64,000 nucleotides of DNA, from NCBI GenBank assembly GCA_951406725.2, contig OX597816.1, positions 86,304,001-86,368,000 of the forward strand, read 5' to 3'. Of the stretch, positions 57,794-64,000 are shown one piece after another (position 1 is the first letter of the stretch; every line of letters begins with the position of its first letter). Source of the DNA: Octopus vulgaris (Eukaryota). Made by a program: the position numbers and the translations under genes. The notes beneath the pieces are model-generated. The model was not told the origin of the DNA, ran no database searches, and saw only the letters and a list, made by a program, of their open reading frames with translations.

Positions 57794-57895
57794 GTATATA
57801 TACTTTTTTGTGAATGCTTCAGTCTTTCTTACCAAAATGTTTTTCGAAAAGCAGTGTTATATTTCAATTATTTGGAATACATAACATTTAGGAAA

Positions 57896-57932
<37 letters not shown>

Positions 57933-58142
57933 AGCATAAATACATACATATATATATATATATATAAAGAGAGAGAGGGGGAGAGAGAGAAAGAGAAAGA
58001 GAAACAAATTTGTTTTGCAGCATTTAAGGGTATATTAGACCCATGATAATAAAGATATTACACAATTTGTACAAAATTAGGTTTTGTTCTTTCAACATAA
58101 TTGCAGACTGGTTTCTTTTTATAGAAGGACTATTACACAGAA

Positions 58143-58572
58143 GTCCGGAGTGGTTGTGTTGTAAAAACTTTGTTTCCCATCATCATGGTCCCAGGTTTAA
58201 TCCCATTCCGTGACACCTTACGTAAATGTCTTCTGATATAGCCTCGGGCCGAACAAAGCCTTGCGAGTGGATTTGTTAGACGGAAACTGAAAGACGTCCG
58301 TATCATATATATATATATATGTGTGTGTATGTGTGTGTGTGTGTACGTGTATATTTATCTTTGTGTATCTTTCTATCTGTGTTTGTCCCAGACAACGGCT
58401 TAACAACTAGTGTTGGTGTGCTTATGACCTCGTAACGTAGAGGTTCGGCAAAAGAGACCGATAGCATGACTACTAGGCTTAAAAAATAAGTCAATGGTGA
58501 CTTGTTTGACTACAACCGATCAATGTGGTGCTCCATCTTGGCCAGAGTGAAATGGCTGAAACAAGTAAAAAG
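58143..58572 (+). mobile_element. Long tRNA-derived SINE with internal microsatellite and LINE-like tail
   Basis: ggagtggttgtgttgtaa head, ggtttaatccc B-box-like motif, ggttcggcaaaagagaccgatag, gtggtgctcc..ggctgaaacaagtaaaa tail; homologous to 62030-62240. Confidence 0.8.
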
Positions 58573-58635
58573 CATGAAAAATCTGCGTGAAATTGTAAAT
58601 ATATCTGTCGCAGTAATACATGTATATGTACACTA

Positions 58636-60566
58636 ACCATTCTCCGAGCCTTTCGGCGACTCCAGTCCGACCCCTCTACTTCGCACATCTTCCCAAACTG
58701 ACCCATCCCCTCCTTCAAACGAGCCCACAAGAAGAAGGGGAGATAATGAAGTGGTGTTCCCAAAACGAAGGTGCGCTTGCGTGTGTATAAGAGAGCATGT
58801 ATGTGCGTGTGGAAGAATGCCGGTGACCTTGACGTGTGCATTTGTGTATTTCTGGGTGTATGGATTATGGTGTGGGGCTGGGAAGTGGTGAGTGCTAGTG
58901 TGTCCCTGTTGGTGTGATGTGATGTATTGTTGTGGGTTATAGTGGTGTATGGTTTGGTGGTGTTGGGATGTGGGGGAGGCGAAAGTGTGGAGAGCAAGGG
59001 TGGAGGGTGGGTTAGGCTGAGGGTGGGTGTAGAGGTTGGGTATGTGGTTTAGGCTGAGGGAGGGGTAGTGGTGGGGTAACGAGGGAGGGGTAACGATGAA
59101 TGGAGAGGAGGTATGTAGAAGGTGGATAGGAGTGAAGAGAAGAGGGAAGAAGAGTAGGAGAGGAGCGAAGAAGTTGGAGTCGGAGCAAGAGAGGAGAGGT
59201 GGGTGGGAGGAAGCAGGTGTGAGACGGAGAGAGGAGAGGGGAGGAGATTTGTGCCCGTGTGGCGCAAAAGAGCGAAGAGAGAATATTTATCCCTGTTCAC
59301 GGCGAAACGGGAGTCCGGATGGACCCTGTGCAAGGACAATCAGAACACAGACAGGTATTGAAAACTGTGACCGGTAGAGCGGAAATGGCGTGAGACCGGA
59401 TATCATTCCCGAATCTGATGCCTCGGAGGTGTTCCGCGAACCTGTCAGCCAAGCGTTCCCTGCTGCCGCGCTTGCCCTTACCTCTCCAACACCACCTTCC
59501 TCACCGGCACCCACCATCGACTCTATCATATCACCGACTCCTTCACCGGCACTTCTATCAATGTCATCTACTGAATCTCCTGCTTTCTCTCTGCCCTTCT
59601 CTATACATCGGGCACACGGGAAGCCGCTTGGCTGACAGGCTCGCGGAACACGTCCGAGGCATCCGATTCGGGAATGATATCCGGTCTCGCGCCACTTCCG
59701 CTCTACACAGTTTTCAATACCTATCTGTGTTCTGATTGTCCTTGCACAGGGTCCATCCGGACTCCCGTTTCGCCGTGAACAGGGATAAATATTCTCTCTT
59801 CGCTCTTTTGCGCCACACGGGCACAAATCTCCTCCCCTCTCCTCTCTCCGTCTCACACCTGCTTCCTCCCACCCACCTCTCCTCTCTTGCTCCGACTCCA
59901 ACTTCTTCGCTCCTCTCCTACTCTTCTTCCCTCTTCTCTTCACTCCTATCCACCTTCTACATACCTCCTCTCCATTCATCGTTACCCCTCCCTCGTTACC
60001 CCACCACTACCCCTCCCTCAGCCTAAACCACATACCCAACCTCTACACCCACCCTCAGCCTATCCCACCCTCCACCCATGCTCTCCACACTTTCGCCTCC
60101 CCCACATCCCAACACCACCAAACCATACACCACTATAACCCACAACAATACATCACATCACACCACCAGGGACACACTAGCACTCACCACTTCCCAGCCC
60201 CACACCATAATCCATACACCCAGAAATACAGAAATGCACACGTCAAGGTCACCGGCATTCTTCCACACGCACATACATGCTCTCTTATACACACGCAAGT
60301 GCACCTTCGTTTTGGGAACACTCCTTTATTATCTCCCCTTCTTTCTAGCTCTCTTGTGTTACCCCTCTGCCCAGCATTCGCCATGATAGATCGCTAGCTA
60401 CTACACATTCTCTATTTTCTCTCCTTGTTTCTTTCTCTGTTCCTTTCTGTGAAAAACTGTAGGGTTGAAACATTAAAGATTTTTCCACTTCCCGAGCGTT
60501 AAACTAATACATCGGTTTGCTATCGACACGACCTGTCTTCGGCATTTCTTTTATTTGTGAATTCTC

Positions 60567-60570
<4 letters not shown>
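58636..60570 (+). mobile_element. Neptune-type PLE 3' portion (linker, Zn finger, GIY-YIG, 3' UTR) with internal inverted duplication
   Basis: TILRAFRRLQSDPSTSHIFP..PSFKRAH (58636-58730); CRACPY..HITDSFTGTSINVIY*ISC..CPSLYIGHTGSRLADRLAEH (59461-59650); ends at (TA)n. Confidence 0.85.
58732..60343. repeat. ~730-bp-arm inverted repeat (58732-59460 / 59618-60343), 157-bp spacer
   Basis: Mirror ORFs in the track (59049 - equals 59736 +); arms nearly identical. Confidence 0.97.
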
Positions 60571-60631
<61 letters not shown>

Positions 60632-60659
60632 GTATTATATATATATATATATATTTATA

Positions 60660-60735
<76 letters not shown>

Positions 60736-60736
60736 C

Positions 60737-60777
<41 letters not shown>

Positions 60778-61199
60778 AATATTAGAAAAGTATGCAAATC
60801 AAATTTTCATAGATAAAAAATGTAGGTGTAAATAGCGCAGTAGTAAGTTTAAGGCATTTCAATTTACGAAGGAATTTAATAAAAATGATTTTCCTTCTGT
60901 CAATTTTCAAATCAATTTTATCGAATTTCTTCTTAAATTGAAATGTTTTCGACTTACTTCTAAGCAATTTCCACCTCCATCTCTAATATATATATATATA
61001 TATATGGAATCAGTTTCACTGACACCCTTTCTTATTTGCTCTCCCTACGATACAAATTTTATAAAAGGAGTCAAGGAATATATATAATGCTAATATTCTA
61101 CAGAAAGACGTAGGTGCCATATATGTAAATGTGCAGCAGAAAACATCATGTTATTTAATTCCAGCTTCTCAGTTATCAGCCAGTATGCCGCAACAAAGA

Positions 61200-61885
61200 T
61201 ATTTCGGGTCAAAACTAGCGACAATCCTAAAGTCAAACACCGTAAGTGATCATGGCATTGATATGCGCGACAACACCTCATTTCATGTAATATCACCAGC
61301 TGTTGGCAGCTCGAAGGACCAGGAAACTATACTGGTTCTATGGAGCACTTTTTTCCTCATCCGTTTAGGTTTCTCATCTCAATTGAGGTCACCACACAAT
61401 ATCAAATTAATAGCGAGACTTGAGGCTGTTCAGTAGTGCTACATAAGGAAAATCAGTGGAACAACTGAATAGTTGGGAGAGATTGAACAATTTATTACTC
61501 CACTAATTAAAGCGAAGACGGGGGAAATATACGGTGATATACGCATGGAAGACTTTGGCATCGTGATTGATAGCAGCCCCAAAACCCAGATTATATATAA
61601 TGGCACTATCTCAAATGTCCCGCTAATCCTATCTAGGGTAAGGACCAGGTACTGCAACATCTTGGGAGTCAAAGGACCACAATTATTTAATATTTTGCCA
61701 AACAGTCTGAGAAATCTACATAGATTGGTTGTAGATGTTTTCAAGAAACAACTTAATTTCCTCGTGTCCAAGGTCCCACATAAACGACAAGAAATTCAAA
61801 AGAAAGCAGCAATATCAAACTTCCTCCCGCACTAAATGCCAAACAGAAACGAATGGCAACTGAAAGGGTAATAATACTGGCGGTG
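61200..61885 (+). mobile_element. CR1/L2-group LINE 3' region, decayed
   Basis: VSDHGIDM (VKDLGI-like), SQLRSPH..LEAVQ, RTRYCNILGVKGPQLFNILP..FKKQL; ends tggcggtg. Confidence 0.8.
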
Positions 61886-62029
61886 AGTATAGAGAATAAA
61901 GTTGTTGTTAAGAAAAAACTAGCTGATATAGTGTCGAAGAATCATACAAATACATACTTTTAACTTTCTTATATTTGATCAGTCTATCCAGAAATTCCCC
62001 AGTGGATCAAATATATATGTATATATTTG

Positions 62030-62240
62030 TGAGTCTGTGTTTGTCCCCCAACCATCACTTGACGACCGATGTCGGTATGTTTAGTTACTCGTAAATTAGC
62101 GGTTCGGCAAAAAGACCGATAGAATAAGTAATTGATTTACAAAGAATAAGTTCTACGATCGATTTCTTCGACTAAAAAGGCGGTGCTCTAGCATGGCCGC
62201 AGTCAAATAACTGAAACAAATAAAACAATAAAAGAAAAAA
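62030..62240 (+). mobile_element. 3' half of the long SINE
   Basis: tgtttgtcccc..ttagcggttcggcaaaaagaccgatag..ggcggtgctctagcatggccgcag..ctgaaac. Confidence 0.8.
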
Positions 62241-62319
62241 TACGAAAAATGTTTAGAACTTTTTTATGCTAACGTATAGAAAGATGATATAAAAAGGTAG
62301 TTCTTTCTCCTCCGTCTTA

Positions 62320-62780
62320 TTTTTATTATATTTAGCGGATTCCAAACTTTTTGAGTTAAGGAATGCAATCTCCTGATTATATTTCGCCTTCAATAGAGCA
62401 GAGTCATAGAAGAGAGAATATGATTTAAATATTTCAACATTAGCCGACAATTGCATAATTCTCTTCGAAATTCATGTTGTTAATGATTTTATTACATTTG
62501 TTGGGTGATTAGCATATTTGTTCACGTACTTGGTAACCTCATCTGTTATTCTATGGAGGTAATATAAACCAGAGTTCAGATTTAGTGTAGTATCTAAGAA
62601 TTTAACTACCTTAGTGTCGTGTTCGAAAGTGAGTCCTAGGTTAAAGTTTGTGACAAATTTTCTGATTTTCTTCCGCATTCTTTCTATGACGGTCTTATTA
62701 TTACTAGGTAGAAGGAATAATGCGTCAGCTTCATATAGACCACCCTATAGTTCAGGGAATTCCCTATTAAGAATCAGCAC
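62320..62780 (-). mobile_element. Naiad-type PLE RT fragment
   Basis: KVVKFLDTTLNLNSGLY..YVNKYANHPTNVIKSL..SKRIMQLSANVEIF..YDSAL; homologous to 6300-6750. Confidence 0.85.
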
Positions 62781-62801
62781 TTCGAAAATTTTAGAGAGAG
62801 T

Positions 62802-63650
62802 ATTTTTGTATTTTTATATATAGTGCATGTCTGAACAACCAAGAGCAAATCTTTTCACTAAGTTGGGTGGTGTTATCTACATACATTTCTAGAATATTAA
62901 CTGCCAACACTTCTACACAGAATCTCACATTCCTGGTCTTCTTTCTTCCAAATTCTTTCTTCCATATAAAGCATTCCTCCTTCTTTTACCACCCAGTTGT
63001 TACCATTTAGTGTAGACAAAGCCGGTTATAAGGTTCCAGCAATTAGATAGTCTAGTAGGTTGTCATGATATTAATTAATTTATCACCTTTCTCTGGAATA
63101 CAGCTACAATTCCCCAAACATTTAATTTTGGATGATTGAAGACTACATTCCCCCTATTGGCTTCGAAGTCGAGGTTACTAGGTCACTATTCTCAATTATG
63201 CTTCCCTCCACATAAACAACTACTGACCTCTAAATTCTAATAGGTTCGATACTACATTGACTATTTTTCTAAACCGATTCTGCCAAAGATATAGTAGCAA
63301 AATCAATGTAAATATTTGAGCTCTGTTGGTGATACGTATATGTTAAAGCATTTGGTTTGCCCTTTCGGTTTGAAGTCTATGTAGTTATCTGACGAAAACG
63401 GTTTCTTTGCAATGATGCAATGTTTTCATTAATCAATGAAAGGAGTCGCTTGAAACGGCTGTAAGGAATTGACACATGTACATCTTTGTTACTCATATTT
63501 TATTCAACTACCGTGGAATTTTATAAAAAGAATTTTTGTATGTTTATATAAAGTACATGCCTGAACAACCAAGAGCAGATATCATCACTATGTTGGGCCG
63601 TGTTATCTACACACACTGCAAGAATATCAAATACAAACACTACTGTACAC
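62802..63650 (+). repeat. Pseudo-LTR-like segment with ~115-bp terminal direct repeats (62802-62918, 63533-63650)
   Basis: ctgaacaaccaagagca..tcacta.gttggg..gtgttatctaca in both; contains a hammerhead motif. Confidence 0.7.
63385..63467 (+). ncRNA. Type I minimal hammerhead motif with ~56-nt helix II, partly decayed
   Basis: ttat-CTGACGA-aaacggtttcttt...aaaggagtcgctt-GAAA-C-GGCT-GTA-agga; 3' half nearly identical to the 7543 motif. Confidence 0.65.
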
Positions 63651-64000
63651 TGTTTGCTATTCACCTGATATGTTTTGGATGTGCAAATTAGATCGACCTA
63701 ACAAGGTGCCTCAATTTAAGTACCCAGGTCAACCGAATATTTATTATTATTATCATTATATATATATATATATTAGAGAGAGAGAGAGAGAGACGTATAT
63801 GTACATGTATGTGTGTGTGTGTGTATATACACAGGCACATTCGCACGCACTCCGACATATACAGGAAGAGGGGGAATGGTGTAGACAGTAGGAAGAATAT
63901 CGTATAAGAATGTAAGAACCAGTGGTGAATGCCTCAGGATATAATTTTACGACAACTCCAACCATTGGTGTTCACTATTAGGCAGAAATTACAACCGGAT

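Noticed and set aside
59287-59979. 230-aa minus-strand ORF and its mirror ORFs
   Set aside because: Antisense readings of the pyrimidine-rich PLE 3' region duplicated by the inverted repeat
60441-60480. Hammerhead in the Neptune-type PLE 3' UTR
   Set aside because: ctgtgaaaa..gttgaaacatta is at a plausible place but both core segments are broken

Overview
AT-rich, microsatellite-dense animal DNA. The repeat inventory suggests a cephalopod (Octopus-like) genome; this is an inference. No host protein-coding gene can be supported, and most listed ORFs are translations of simple repeats. The window is a mosaic of decayed mobile elements: Penelope-like elements (PLEs) of Naiad and Neptune type, RTE, R4/Dong-like and CR1-like LINEs, mariner/Tc1 remnants and MITEs, a small Helitron, and tRNA-derived SINEs. 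Highlights: (1) two non-coding tandem arrays (595 bp and 357 bp units) with one type I hammerhead ribozyme motif per unit, resembling retrozymes or solo PLE pseudo-LTRs and able in principle to release unit-length or circular RNAs; (2) further hammerheads with unusually long helix II in PLE pseudo-LTRs; (3) two ORF1-only, reverse-transcriptase-less L1/Tx1-like elements, one sharing its 3' end with a local SINE; (4) a U6 snRNA fused to a probable LINE 3' tail; (5) repeated fold-back inverted duplications. All calls were made by eye; coordinates of decayed elements are approximate.
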